A stretch of 64,000 nucleotides of DNA from an uncultured Gammaproteobacteria bacterium (GCA_964620905.1 CAZUKA010000002.1:25496-89495), one strand, 5' to 3'. Shown: positions 37,675 to 48,606, numbered from the stretch's first letter. The notes: generated by a model not told the origin, from the letters alone. A program made the numbers and translations.

Positions 37675-40626
37675 ATGAAAAAAACAATTTTTACACTTTT
37701 GATTTTTGCTTTGGGATTTGGATTAATTCCAAATTATTTTATTTTTAACAAAGTCAGCGTTAATGTAGCTAATGCAGAAGCAAGCTGTCCTACAGTTACT
37801 ATTGACAATTCAACCTATCGCCTAGAACCATGTAACATGAATTTTGAAATGGTTGATGGTGAAGGTAATAAAGATTTCCAAGTAAAAATAGTTCAAGGCG
37901 GTCAATCAACTTTGTATGGTTTTCAGAGATATGGGTATGGCGTAGGATTTCCAACCTATGCGATTTTAGGCGATAGTAGTGGAGGAGTAAACGGAACTGA
38001 TAAAATTTTGTCATTTAGTTTACAAGATAGTGTATTGAACAGTGATGGTAATCAAAATAAAGTATATTCAGGTTATCTACCCATACAAATTTTTCATGGA
38101 TCATGGAATGGGGTATATGAGGAGTTAAAATTAAATTTAACTGTTACAGTCAAACCAGAATCATTTGTTGAACCTTTTGTTTACAATGTGGGTCCGGAGT
38201 GGAAATTTATTTCACCAGTCACCAATTTAATGATAGGCCAACCGATTTTAAACTTTTTTCCAAATTTGGAAAATGTTTATTATTATGATAACGGTTATAA
38301 ACAAGCAAATAATTTTGAAATGGGCAAGGGTTATTGGTTGAAAAATAAAACCAGTCAGACAATTTATGCTACTGGTACACCAATTACTTCCGTAACTTAC
38401 AATCTACCTGCTCAAGGTCAACATCTGATTGGCGCGCCGTTTCTAATGAATTTATCAGATGTACCTTGTGTGATTGATGTGTTGCATTACAACAGTCAAA
38501 CCAATACTTATGATTCAAATTTTGAAATAGCCAAAGGTTCAGCTGCGTTTGTCAAAACAAATGGAAGCTGTAGTTTTACCAAATTAATTGATCGGGTAAA
38601 GGTGGTTATATCAGCACCAACCGTCACTGATATTACTTCAAGTTCTGCTAAAGTTTCCTATAGTATCAGTGGTACCAATAGTACCAATCCGACAATGTGT
38701 TTTGGTACCATTGACTCATCAGTCAATAATTGTTCTGGTATGTCGGTAGTGGCCAAACCAGATGGAACTTTCGAAACTAGTTATAATTTTAGTGGTTTAC
38801 AACCCAATACCAAATATTTTTATCAATTGATTTTGGATAAAAGTACCGGTTTTGAAATCAAAGATAAGGTTTATTCATTTGTTACATCCAATAATTCATC
38901 TTACAATTTGTTTGTAACTTCACCAGTTAAGGGTATAAAGTGGTATTTGGGTGAAAAATATTCAATAAATTGGAAGGCAACTGATGTTCCAGCTGATTAC
39001 ATGGTTGGTATAATGCTCTCAAACAACGGATTGGATAAGGAAATAATAAATTGTTTTGCAAAAATTCCTGTTTCACAAAATTCTTTTGAATGGGTAGTGC
39101 CAAAAGATCAATTGATAGGTGAAAAATATACTATCAAGCTTGGTATTTATAAAGTTGATTCACCTCAAAATGCCTGTGTTGGTCAAGTCCCAATGGTAGA
39201 AAGTGATTATTTTAGTATTTTAAAAGAAAAACCAGTTGTGGGTGATAATAATATTACCTCCCCCTACCTTTTTGCTTTAAATGGCCAAGAAGACAAAGAA
39301 GGAAAAGTAAATTCTGATATTTATGCTAGTTTCAATCGGATGATATTAGGTGGTAGGGTCGGTAAGGGCGTGGAAAAAGTTAAGATCAATTTGATATTAC
39401 CAACAATGGGACCCACCGAAGTCAGTGATGATTGTGAATTGGATTTAATAAAGAATAGTAATACTTGCCAAAGTTTGGAAGCAGTCGGCTTGGTGAATAA
39501 TCAAGCCAACAATCAGGCCGTGTTGAAGATTGATATGAGTAAAAATAATTACGAAAGCCTAAGGTTTGATGTAACTTATAGTTCAGCTGCCAATCCTACT
39601 GACTATACGGTAGATATTGGTGATTCAATTAGTAATGATGGTTGGGGTGGAGATGCTGGTCATCAAACTAACGATGCCGAAGTCCAAATTTACAATACCC
39701 ATCTATCAATTTTTGGTAATGACAATACTGTTGGTGAAAGAAGATTATACAATCTGGGTTATTATGTATCAGCTGGTGATACTGTGAGTATTACAGTTAG
39801 AAATAATTCCGTGCAATGGTCAAAAGTGAAATCGGCTATTGCTGATGTAGTTGTTCCAGATTCTGTATCAGTTGAAAAACCAATCGCCGAGATAAAAGAA
39901 AAAGCCACTTTGCTTTATGAAGGAGAAATTTCTAGCATTTTATCCGAACTCAACACTGTCAGAGACACAGTAAGAGAGCAAGAGATTGAAATCAAATATT
40001 TGAGAGCTTTGATTCAAAACCTTGCTCAGGTAAATGAAAGTATGAAAGAGATGATAAATCATTTTATTACCTACGGTGTTGATACCAATAGTATGAAATT
40101 GGGTGAAGGGGAAAGAGCAGCAGTGGTATATTCCTTTAAGGAAGCCTTTGGCAAATTGCCAGAAAGTGAAGTTGATTTTGAAGATGTGATCAAAATTGCC
40201 AATGGTCGGTGGCCGGAAAAGAAAAGTGATCAAGCTTTAGCTTCTGCCCGAGCAGAATTTGCCAAAATTTATCAGCGTGCCGACAATGCCAACAACCCCA
40301 ATGACCAAGCAGCTGTTACTATCATGGCTTATGGTTTAAGGCAAAAAGCTGAAAATAGAAATTTGTTGAGTGAACAGAACGGTTTGAAAATCTTTGCTGA
40401 ACTTTATGACAAAAATCCACAAACAACCACTGACTGGAATATATTGCAAGCCATCACTTATTCTGGTGCAACTAGAGAAGTGATAGATACTGATAAGGAT
40501 GGTTTGTCAGATGAAATGGAGAAGCGACTAGGTACTGATCCAAAAAATTCTGACACTGACGGCGATAGTTATTTGGATGGGCAAGAAGTAGTCCATGGTT
40601 ATAACCCCCTGCAAAAAGCTCAATAA
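37675..40626 (+). CDS. large secreted surface protein (983 aa) with FN3-like segment and C-terminal thrombospondin-3-like Ca-binding repeat
   Basis: Signal peptide. DTDKDGLSDEMEKRLGTDPKNSDTDGDSYLDGQEVVHGYNPL at the C-terminus. FN3-like ITSSSAKVSYSISG region. Confidence 0.55.
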   Translation: MKKTIFTLLIFALGFGLIPNYFIFNKVSVNVANAEASCPTVTIDNSTYRLEPCNMNFEMVDGEGNKDFQVKIVQGGQSTLYGFQRYGYGVGFPTYAILGDSSGGVNGTDKILSFSLQDSVLNSDGNQNKVYSGYLPIQIFHGSWNGVYEELKLNLTVTVKPESFVEPFVYNVGPEWKFISPVTNLMIGQPILNFFPNLENVYYYDNGYKQANNFEMGKGYWLKNKTSQTIYATGTPITSVTYNLPAQGQHLIGAPFLMNLSDVPCVIDVLHYNSQTNTYDSNFEIAKGSAAFVKTNGSCSFTKLIDRVKVVISAPTVTDITSSSAKVSYSISGTNSTNPTMCFGTIDSSVNNCSGMSVVAKPDGTFETSYNFSGLQPNTKYFYQLILDKSTGFEIKDKVYSFVTSNNSSYNLFVTSPVKGIKWYLGEKYSINWKATDVPADYMVGIMLSNNGLDKEIINCFAKIPVSQNSFEWVVPKDQLIGEKYTIKLGIYKVDSPQNACVGQVPMVESDYFSILKEKPVVGDNNITSPYLFALNGQEDKEGKVNSDIYASFNRMILGGRVGKGVEKVKINLILPTMGPTEVSDDCELDLIKNSNTCQSLEAVGLVNNQANNQAVLKIDMSKNNYESLRFDVTYSSAANPTDYTVDIGDSISNDGWGGDAGHQTNDAEVQIYNTHLSIFGNDNTVGERRLYNLGYYVSAGDTVSITVRNNSVQWSKVKSAIADVVVPDSVSVEKPIAEIKEKATLLYEGEISSILSELNTVRDTVREQEIEIKYLRALIQNLAQVNESMKEMINHFITYGVDTNSMKLGEGERAAVVYSFKEAFGKLPESEVDFEDVIKIANGRWPEKKSDQALASARAEFAKIYQRADNANNPNDQAAVTIMAYGLRQKAENRNLLSEQNGLKIFAELYDKNPQTTTDWNILQAITYSGATREVIDTDKDGLSDEMEKRLGTDPKNSDTDGDSYLDGQEVVHGYNPLQKAQ

Positions 40627-40636
40627 ATATTTTATT

Positions 40637-40666
40637 ACCACCCTGGCAATTAGGCCAGGGTGGTTT
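40637..40666 (+). terminator. rho-independent terminator
   Basis: accaccctggcaattaggccagggtggttttt. Confidence 0.75.
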
Positions 40667-40752
40667 TTGATCAAAAATAAATTGCTTCATTTTTTTAAAA
40701 TAAAGAGTAAAATTAGTATAGATAGTATCTAAATTAAATAATATATTTAATT

Positions 40753-41793
40753 ATGTTTTTACCACTTTTGCTTTTAGTCGTTGGTTTGGGGGTTTTATTA
40801 CTGGGGGCTGAAATTTTGGTCAAAGGCGCTTCGTCAATCTCTAAAAAACTTGGCATTCCTTCAATAGTGATAGGACTGACGATTGTGTCTTTTGGTACCT
40901 CTGCCCCGGAACTAATCGTCAATTTTCTATCTGCCTTCAAAGGCAGTACTGATTTGGCCTTGGGAAATATTATTGGTAGTAACATTGCCAATATTTTACT
41001 TATTTTGGGAGCATCGGCTTTACTTATAGATTTACGGGTGCAAAAAAATACTACTTGGAAAGAGATTCCCTTTGCCGCGCTAGCGGTATTGGCTGTGTTT
41101 GTGATGGCCAATGACCGGTTGTTTGATCACGAGGCGGCGGATGTAATTACCCGTGCTGACGGTTGGGTGTTGTTGATGTTTTTTGCTATTTTTATGTACT
41201 ATACTTTTGAGTTGACTCGTTCGGGTGGAGGGAACAGAGAAATAGAAAAAACTATTGGTTCAGTTTCGGTACAAAAATATACTTTGAAGCTTTCTCGCAA
41301 AGGTACTGGCAATGCTGGTGAAGGTGAGATTAAAATCTATCCAGTATATATTTCTTCTCTGATGGTATTGGGAGGTATTTTGGCATTATTTTTGGGAGGT
41401 AAATTGTTGGTGGATAATGCTATTAGTCTTGCTCAGTCAGCCGGTTGGTCAGAAATGCTGATTGGTTTGACGATCGTAGCGGTTGGCACTTCTTTGCCGG
41501 AACTAGCTACTTCGGTATTAGCTGCACGTAAAGGCCAGTCAGACATTGCAATTGGCAACGTAGTGGGATCAAATATTTTCAATATTTTTTGGATTCTTGG
41601 TGTCACCAGTGTAATCAGTCCGATACCAGTTAGTTTGTCGGCAAATTTTGATATTATTTTTTGTTTGATAGCTACAATAGTTTTGTTTATCACGATGTTT
41701 ATTGGTAAGCGGCATTTATTGCAAAGATGGCAAGGCGGAGTTTTTTTGCTAGTTTATGTATTGTATATAGTATATTTGATTATCCGAGGGTAA
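40753..41793 (+). CDS. Ca2+/cation antiporter (CaCA family, YrbG-like)
   Basis: Two alpha-repeat signatures (GNIIGSNIANILLILG and GNVVGSNIFNIFWILG) and 10 TM helices. Confidence 0.8.
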   Translation: MFLPLLLLVVGLGVLLLGAEILVKGASSISKKLGIPSIVIGLTIVSFGTSAPELIVNFLSAFKGSTDLALGNIIGSNIANILLILGASALLIDLRVQKNTTWKEIPFAALAVLAVFVMANDRLFDHEAADVITRADGWVLLMFFAIFMYYTFELTRSGGGNREIEKTIGSVSVQKYTLKLSRKGTGNAGEGEIKIYPVYISSLMVLGGILALFLGGKLLVDNAISLAQSAGWSEMLIGLTIVAVGTSLPELATSVLAARKGQSDIAIGNVVGSNIFNIFWILGVTSVISPIPVSLSANFDIIFCLIATIVLFITMFIGKRHLLQRWQGGVFLLVYVLYIVYLIIRG

Positions 41794-41818
41794 AAATTAT
41801 TTTCTGATTGATATAATT

Positions 41819-42547
41819 TTGCTAGATAAAAATTCAAACATCATGAATTTAAAAAGTGATTTACCAAAAAAACCCAGTGTCTTTAATAAGATAGATTTTA
41901 AAAAAATTGGCACCGGCGCACATTTTACTGAAGGAAAGTTTAATTCCACCAGAGGTCTCGGTCTCAAGGGACAATTGGGAAATCTTAAACGCAGCGCCAG
42001 ATTTACTGCCACCGCAAATTTGTCAAAGAAAAATTTGCAAACCATGTATGATCTAATCAATGAAAGATTGAAAAATAAAGCGGTAAATTCCAAGGTAGGT
42101 ATTTCCGCTAGAGATAAAAAGATGATAATGTCAGCTGCTTATAAGCTCACCAAGCAACATGAATCAAATTTTTCTCGAGAAGACATGGAGGATTTAAGGA
42201 AGGTAGTAGATGAGTTGAAAATTGCAAGTGAAGAAAATATTTTATCAAAAAAAGAAAATAGTAGTCAAAGTGTTATTTCGCAAATAGATAAAAACAATTT
42301 TACAATTGAAAATAAAAAAAATCTTGCCACTGGCCAAGGTGCTATTCCCAATAGATCAGTTGAACTTAGCACCAATTTATCTGCGGAATTTTTATCCAAA
42401 GCAAACACTGATCAGCCTGCTTTGAAAGAAAATCCAAAAAATATTACTGATGAGCCAATAGTTTTTGAAAATATCAATCGTAAAAAGATTGATCAAGATC
42501 AGGATAAAATTCCCAGTCCGTCAGAAGCAAAAGATTTGCCAATTTAA
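41819..42547 (+). CDS. hypothetical low-complexity protein (242 aa)
   Basis: ORF only; the start could be the internal Met at 41843. Confidence 0.4.
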   Translation: MLDKNSNIMNLKSDLPKKPSVFNKIDFKKIGTGAHFTEGKFNSTRGLGLKGQLGNLKRSARFTATANLSKKNLQTMYDLINERLKNKAVNSKVGISARDKKMIMSAAYKLTKQHESNFSREDMEDLRKVVDELKIASEENILSKKENSSQSVISQIDKNNFTIENKKNLATGQGAIPNRSVELSTNLSAEFLSKANTDQPALKENPKNITDEPIVFENINRKKIDQDQDKIPSPSEAKDLPI

Positions 42548-42553
42548 TTTTTT

Positions 42554-43300
42554 ATGAGTTTAGATTATATCAAGTATAAATGGGAAGAGTTGGGTCGGAG
42601 AGACCCTTTGTGGTCGGTTTTGACTTGGGAGGATAAAAAAGATATGCAGTGGGATAGAAACTTTTTTTATCACACCGGAGAAGTGGAAATAGATAAACTT
42701 TTTTTGGATATTGAAAATTTGCCTAGCAAATTGCAATATGATGAAGCTTTGGATTTTGGTTGTGGAGTAGGGAGACTGACCTTTCCTTTGACCAAAAAAT
42801 TTAATCGGGTAATTGGCGTAGATATTGCTTCTGCCATGATCGATTATGCCAAAGCAGCCAATAATCAGCGGGCATCCTTTTTGGTAAATAACCGTGCTGA
42901 TCTAAAAATTTTTGCTGACAATAAATTTGATTTTGTTTTATCATTGATTACTCTGCAACATCTACCCACAAGTTTAGTGAAGAAATATATAAAAGAATTT
43001 ATTAGAGTTGTCAAACCCGGAGGACTAGTAGTTTTTGAAATGCCTGATCACCCGCTGGAGATTGAAAAAAATTTTAGCAAGAAAATTAAATATCAATTCA
43101 AACAATTTTTGCCTTATTCCTGGTTGTCTCAATACGAAGCCAAACAAGAAAACAACGCTTTATATATAGATATGCATGGGTTGAGCCAAAAAAGAGTTAA
43201 AAAGATTATAAAAAATAGTCATGGTGAATTGCTGGATTGTAAGATCAGTGCTAATGCCGGAAAAGAGTGGGTTTGTTTTAAATATTTTGTAACCAAGTGA
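42554..43300 (+). CDS. class I SAM-dependent methyltransferase
   Basis: LDFGCGVGRLTFPL (motif I), VKPGGLVVF. Confidence 0.7.
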   Translation: MSLDYIKYKWEELGRRDPLWSVLTWEDKKDMQWDRNFFYHTGEVEIDKLFLDIENLPSKLQYDEALDFGCGVGRLTFPLTKKFNRVIGVDIASAMIDYAKAANNQRASFLVNNRADLKIFADNKFDFVLSLITLQHLPTSLVKKYIKEFIRVVKPGGLVVFEMPDHPLEIEKNFSKKIKYQFKQFLPYSWLSQYEAKQENNALYIDMHGLSQKRVKKIIKNSHGELLDCKISANAGKEWVCFKYFVTK

Positions 43301-43310
43301 TTTTTAGATT

Positions 43311-43925
43311 ATGAAAAGCAGAGAAAGAATTGAATCAAGAAAAAATATTAAAGAAGTCAATGAGAAAAAAGTATTAGCTTTTGCTAAATTGTGGCAAGAG
43401 ACGATTGGGCCCAATGCGACCGACCAGACATTAAATATTAAATACAATTTACCATATCCCAAGGAAGATTTTTTGGACTATTTATTGAAAAAAAATCAAG
43501 TTTTATTACACGGTTCTTGTAGAACAGATATTGAAACTTTAGAACCTCATCAGGCCAATGATAGAGAAAAGGAGTTTGGCAATAAAAATGGAGTGTATGC
43601 GGTAAAAGATCCTCTTTTACCGATTTTTTATGCTATCCAGAATAGAGAAAAAATTGATGGTTTGATTGTCAGTGGTGTAAAAACTGATCCCGAAACAGAA
43701 GAAAATAAATATGAATTTAAAATGTCAAAAAATATTCTTGCTGCTCAACCTTGGACCAATGGTATGGTTTATATTTTGGATAAAAAAAGTTTTTTGCAAG
43801 GCCAAGATGATGATGGGGAGTTTGGTCGTGAGTGGGTATCGGAAAAACCTGTTAAACCACTAGCTAAACTTGAGGTTGGACCAAAAGACTTTCGATTTTT
43901 AAAAGAGATAGAATCCTTAGAATAA
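43311..43925 (+). CDS. hypothetical protein (204 aa)
   Basis: ORF only. Confidence 0.4.
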   Translation: MKSRERIESRKNIKEVNEKKVLAFAKLWQETIGPNATDQTLNIKYNLPYPKEDFLDYLLKKNQVLLHGSCRTDIETLEPHQANDREKEFGNKNGVYAVKDPLLPIFYAIQNREKIDGLIVSGVKTDPETEENKYEFKMSKNILAAQPWTNGMVYILDKKSFLQGQDDDGEFGREWVSEKPVKPLAKLEVGPKDFRFLKEIESLE

Positions 43926-43932
43926 AATATTT

Positions 43933-44382
43933 ATGAAGTTCACAACTAAAATTAATATCAATTGGCCAGTGACAAAAACTTTTACTGCTCTCAATAGTCC
44001 CGCAATGATGCAGCGGGTTGCTTGGCCAGTGGTGATATTTAAACCAGTTAAACTTAGTATTTTTCCCGAACAATGGGAACAGGGAATTGTTTATCGTATG
44101 AATATGTATTTATTCGGATTTTTACCCATGGGTTGGCAAGAGCTAAAAATTTCATCACAGACAGATGAAATAAATAAAATATATATTTTAAAAGATGTTG
44201 GTCCAGGTTGGGCAGTTAAATGGTGGGACCATAAAGTTATACTCAAACCAGTTACAGAAAATATTACTAGTTATGATGAAATTTTAGAACTTAAAACTGG
44301 ATTCTTAGGACCGATTATATGGCTTGGGATGAAGTTACTTTTTGTTTGGCGTAAGTATAGATGGTTGAAATTGACTGAATAA
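43933..44382 (+). CDS. hypothetical protein (149 aa)
   Basis: ORF only. Confidence 0.4.
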   Translation: MKFTTKININWPVTKTFTALNSPAMMQRVAWPVVIFKPVKLSIFPEQWEQGIVYRMNMYLFGFLPMGWQELKISSQTDEINKIYILKDVGPGWAVKWWDHKVILKPVTENITSYDEILELKTGFLGPIIWLGMKLLFVWRKYRWLKLTE

Positions 44383-44552
44383 AACATACCATTATCAGTG
44401 AGGTTTATATATCTAATAAATCAAAAAAATAATATAATCTTAATAATTCTAAGTCTAACAAATTGTATTATTGTGATTAGAGCCAAGGTGATAATTGGTT
44501 TAGTTGTAGAAACACTTGTTTTGTATAAAAATTATTATATATAAATACTTTT

Positions 44553-45713
44553 ATGTTAATCAAACATTTTAAAACTATTATCCCAGTAGCTATTTTAATT
44601 ATGATACTTCTGTTGAGTTATATTTTTTGGCAAAGTAGCCAAGAAAGTAAACAAATACAAATCTTACCACCAAAACCTCCTTCACAGCCGAGTGTAGCTA
44701 TTGATCAAGGTATTGAAACCACATTCAGTCAATCTGAATATTCAAACGATGGAGCTACCAGCGAGACGGTTAAATTGACCATAAGAAATACAACCGAGGA
44801 AACTTATTATTTATATACCCCCGCTTGTGCCGCAGGTTGGCCGCAAGTACAGTATTTTTTTGAATCTGATAAAGGTGAACCAGAACCGCAATTTGTTAAA
44901 CAAACTATTGCTATATCACCACCTTGTAACATGGTTCCATACTTAGATGAGTTTAAATCGGGCGCAATACATACTTTTGAGTGGGACCAAGTCAATTATT
45001 CAGAATCAGAAGATGATCATGATGATTGGAGGCCAAAATTTGTTCCCGCAGGAGATTACCGTATGATTATTAGTTTATTTAAGAATAAAGAAGGTGATGA
45101 TAGGTATGCTCAAGGGGTTGAATCGTTTGTAGTTTTTACTCAACCATTTAAAATAAAATATAATAAACCAAGTGAACGAATAAGTATAATATCTCCTGAC
45201 AAAGGTGATTTCTTAAAGAGTGGCGAAACCTACACTATCCAGTGGCAAGGTGCTAAGAGTGATAAGGTTAATTTATATTATGGGGTTGATTGGCGGATGG
45301 ATTTAAATCCTCAACAAAAGCAAGAACTTGTCTTAAACGTTGCTAACACAGGAAGTTATGATTGGCAAGTGCCAAACCTTTTCGACACTTATTCTTATGG
45401 CAATGATTATGTTATAAAAATAGAAGAAGTTGGCGGAGATGGCATTGGGTACAGTGAGGTATTTAAATTTAGAGCTGTTGCCAAACCAGCAATAATAGAT
45501 TATCGGGGTCCTAGAGAAGACAGACACAATTTTAGTCCAGCAGAAACTGGATGTAATGAGCTTATGGCTAAGTATACTTCTAGTCAAGCTTTTAGTAATA
45601 ACGGATTTAGTAGTTGTGAGTTGATTGAATTTAGTATTGGTACAACACTTAAAGAGTGTGATGCTTTTAATACTCCCTTAGGATGTAATATCTGTAAGTT
45701 TGATTGTAAATAA
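44553..45713 (+). CDS. secreted protein with N-terminal signal-anchor (paralogous family) and Cys-rich C-terminus
   Basis: N-terminus MLIKHFKTIIPVAILIMILLLSYIFWQS, related to the next three genes. C-terminal CNELMAKY...CELIEF...CDAFNTPLGCNICKFDCK. Confidence 0.5.
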   Translation: MLIKHFKTIIPVAILIMILLLSYIFWQSSQESKQIQILPPKPPSQPSVAIDQGIETTFSQSEYSNDGATSETVKLTIRNTTEETYYLYTPACAAGWPQVQYFFESDKGEPEPQFVKQTIAISPPCNMVPYLDEFKSGAIHTFEWDQVNYSESEDDHDDWRPKFVPAGDYRMIISLFKNKEGDDRYAQGVESFVVFTQPFKIKYNKPSERISIISPDKGDFLKSGETYTIQWQGAKSDKVNLYYGVDWRMDLNPQQKQELVLNVANTGSYDWQVPNLFDTYSYGNDYVIKIEEVGGDGIGYSEVFKFRAVAKPAIIDYRGPREDRHNFSPAETGCNELMAKYTSSQAFSNNGFSSCELIEFSIGTTLKECDAFNTPLGCNICKFDCK

Positions 45714-45726
45714 AATTCAAATTTAT

Positions 45727-46092
45727 ATGAACAAATCATTGAAAGTTACATTCTTAGTGATAGTAATATTAATAGCGGGTGGTGTTTTTTTATTTGGTTA
45801 TTTAAATAATTTTTTTGTAAGTTTTGGTATATGTAGACCCGGCAATATTTTAGTCAGCAATAATCAATTTAGTGGTGCACCTGATTATTGCTATAAGCCA
45901 AGTGGTTGGGAAGGTAAATTTTGTGATAAAAAATCTGACTGTGGTAGCCATCCATTATCAGAATGTGTGTTAAATAATAAAGATGCGATAAATAACAAAG
46001 GGGTTTGTAAAGATATGGTCAAACAAGGTTGTTATGTTTTGATAGATGAAGGTGGTAATTTTGGTGAGGAGACCACAGTTTGTTATGATTGA
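45727..46092 (+). CDS. small secreted Cys-rich protein (paralogous family)
   Basis: MNKSLKVTFLVIVILIAGGVFLFGYLNNFF, then 8 Cys. Confidence 0.5.
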   Translation: MNKSLKVTFLVIVILIAGGVFLFGYLNNFFVSFGICRPGNILVSNNQFSGAPDYCYKPSGWEGKFCDKKSDCGSHPLSECVLNNKDAINNKGVCKDMVKQGCYVLIDEGGNFGEETTVCYD

Positions 46093-46128
46093 TCAATTTA
46101 ATACATAGATTTTTATTTGATTTGTTAT

Positions 46129-46419
46129 ATGAAGAGAAGAAATATAATTATTTTAGTAGTTATTATTTTAGTAAGCGTTGTATTGATTTTATGGTTTTTA
46201 TATAATCCAAGAACTAGGCCACAAACAAACAAAGATTATGGTTGTTTTTTGCGATGTAAACAATCCGGATACAATAGAGGTATTTGTTTAAATGGGGGAA
46301 GTGGAATAGGAAGCGGTTGTGAGCAAGCCGGAGGCACGCAAGTTTTTGACCGTGATAACCCAATTCCTGGATGTGATTTTGAATCTATTGGTTCTTGGGA
46401 AGAATGTTGTTGTTTCTAA
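46129..46419 (+). CDS. small secreted Cys-rich protein (paralogous family)
   Basis: MKRRNIIILVVIILVSVVLILWFLYNP, then 8 Cys ending EECCCF. Confidence 0.5.
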   Translation: MKRRNIIILVVIILVSVVLILWFLYNPRTRPQTNKDYGCFLRCKQSGYNRGICLNGGSGIGSGCEQAGGTQVFDRDNPIPGCDFESIGSWEECCCF

Positions 46420-46462
46420 TATAAATATCGGCACTGGTAATAATAAATAAAATATAAAATCT

Positions 46463-46888
46463 ATGAATAAGTCATTAAAAAATATTATCCCAATTGTATT
46501 AGTATTAATTGCAGGTGTTGTTAGTATAGGTTATTTTATTTGGCAGAGTAGAATTGATAATAAATTACCTATTTCTAATGGAAGAAATTGTTTTAATGAA
46601 AATGTGTCAAAAAGTTATGACGGTGTTGGTTGTGTAGAGAAATATGAAATGTTTGATGGAATAAATTTTAAAGATGCCGTTTGCTGTGAGGGATTAGTAG
46701 AAATAAAACCAGACCTTGAACCAAAATCTTGTCTTCCATATAAGGTCGAAACTAAAGGCAGTGATGGGTTAGGAGAAGATTGTTATTTTGGAGCGATGCA
46801 TCCCTTGGGCTTATGCATGCCTTGTGGCGACGGAGTCTGTGAGCCATTAGAGAATTGGTGCAATTGCCCAGCAGACTGTAATAAATGA
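46463..46888 (+). CDS. small secreted Cys-rich protein (paralogous family)
   Basis: MNKSLKNIIPIVLVLIAGVVSIGYFIWQS, then 12 Cys. Confidence 0.5.
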   Translation: MNKSLKNIIPIVLVLIAGVVSIGYFIWQSRIDNKLPISNGRNCFNENVSKSYDGVGCVEKYEMFDGINFKDAVCCEGLVEIKPDLEPKSCLPYKVETKGSDGLGEDCYFGAMHPLGLCMPCGDGVCEPLENWCNCPADCNK

Positions 46889-47099
46889 TTTTTATGAGAG
46901 ATTTTATTAAAAAGCATCCTTTCGTATTTTATATTGTGGTATTCTTTATAGTAGTTGTTTAATTATTTGTCTTAGACTATATAATAAAAATAAAACCGGA
47001 TATTATATAAATTGATTAAGTAGATTTATTAAGTATAAATACAAAAATCGCTCCTTAGCAGAGCGATTTTTTTATTAAATAAGATATAAATTATATTTT

Positions 47100-48080
47100 T
47101 TATATTTTTGTTCTGACAATTATACTAATAGCAATTAAAACAACAATAGCCCCTACCCATTGTTCGATTGAAAATATATTATCATGAAAAATAAATTCCA
47201 ATACCACCGCACTCACCGGGAACGTCATTTCATAAATTGTGGATTGGGAAGCAAGGATTTTTTTTAAACCCCAATAATATAGCAAAATAGAGGTACCACC
47301 AGTAGTTAGAGCCACTACTATAAAAGCTCCGATCAAACTCCAATTGATAGCATCAAAACCATTAATTCCTTGATAGTTGGTATTAACACCTACTGAATTT
47401 AGAATTGAGATTACAATTATTATTATAGCCATGATCCCAGTTGTCAGATAAAATCGTAAGGCAGTACCTAAGCTATGACTAATTTTAGTGACTGCCTTTT
47501 TGGAGAAAACTGTGGAAGATCCAAAAGAAAATGCTGCTAAAATGGCTAGCATAGCTGGGATAAACATACTAGTCGTATCAAAGTCTGGTTGACTGAATCC
47601 AAAGGTTAGGATATAACTGCCAATCAAGGCTACAAAAGCCCAAAAGTAGAACATTTTTTTTGGTCGTTCTTTTAACCACAGAAGTGCTAACAGAATAGCA
47701 AAAATAGGCTGCAGTTTTTGTAATAGAAGAACAACGGAAATATTTAGATGCCCAGTATGGACAATTACGATAGCAGCGATGATTGCCATAGTACCAATTG
47801 CACCGCCAAATAAACTAGTTAAAATCAAGGCCAACCAATCTTTTTTGTCTAAATTTTTAAGCTGACTTCTTTTTTTGAAAAAGAAATATGATAGAAAAAT
47901 GGAGGCTACGGCGTGTAACATAAAAACAAAAGTAGGCACATCTGATAGTCCCAAATCAACAATCCAAGGTGTTAGTACCACTCCATCAAAGGCCCATAAA
48001 AATGCCGCCAACATAACGGCCAATACAGAAAAAATTTCAATATGTTTTTTCATATAAGAAATTATAACAGAAATAAACAT
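47100..48080 (-). CDS. EamA/DMT-family transporter
   Basis: 10 TM helices in two EamA-like halves. Confidence 0.7.
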   Translation of the reverse strand: MFISVIISYMKKHIEIFSVLAVMLAAFLWAFDGVVLTPWIVDLGLSDVPTFVFMLHAVASIFLSYFFFKKRSQLKNLDKKDWLALILTSLFGGAIGTMAIIAAIVIVHTGHLNISVVLLLQKLQPIFAILLALLWLKERPKKMFYFWAFVALIGSYILTFGFSQPDFDTTSMFIPAMLAILAAFSFGSSTVFSKKAVTKISHSLGTALRFYLTTGIMAIIIIVISILNSVGVNTNYQGINGFDAINWSLIGAFIVVALTTGGTSILLYYWGLKKILASQSTIYEMTFPVSAVVLEFIFHDNIFSIEQWVGAIVVLIAISIIVRTKI

Positions 48081-48390
48081 ATTATTCTATTTATATTAAA
48101 TATACAAAATATCTTTGGAATATTAAGATTGTTTGAAAAAAATTTATAGGTAAGACATAAATTTAAAATATAAACTACTCCATATTCGGAGCGTTTTTTT
48201 CTTATCTAAACAAACTGTCAAATTTTGTAAAATAATGAGGTGCTTAAGTGAATTACATTAAAACTAAGGTGATTTTTGGCTTTGTTAATGAAGTTGAATT
48301 ATAACCAATTAGTATTGACTTTTTCCTAAAAATTTGCTATTATTTAATGTTTAGTAATAATTAACAATCAAAAAATTACTGGAGAAAAAA

Positions 48391-48606
48391 ATGAAAAAGG
48401 ATGTTGGTCCCACTATCTTATTAATTGTTGGATTTTGTATATGTATTATGTCAGTTTTGAGCTGGCAGATGACTTGGTACATTAATCCATGGATTGGAAC
48501 AATTGGTTTATTATTTGGTTTAGTTCTAATTTTTTTATCTTTAATTTTTTCATTTATTATAAAAATAATAAATGGTATATTGAAAACAATAATCAATTTT
48601 TTTTAA
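48391..48606 (+). CDS. small 2-TM membrane protein (71 aa)
   Basis: GGAG RBS at -8, two hydrophobic helices, terminator hairpin downstream. Confidence 0.45.
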   Translation: MKKDVGPTILLIVGFCICIMSVLSWQMTWYINPWIGTIGLLFGLVLIFLSLIFSFIIKIINGILKTIINFF

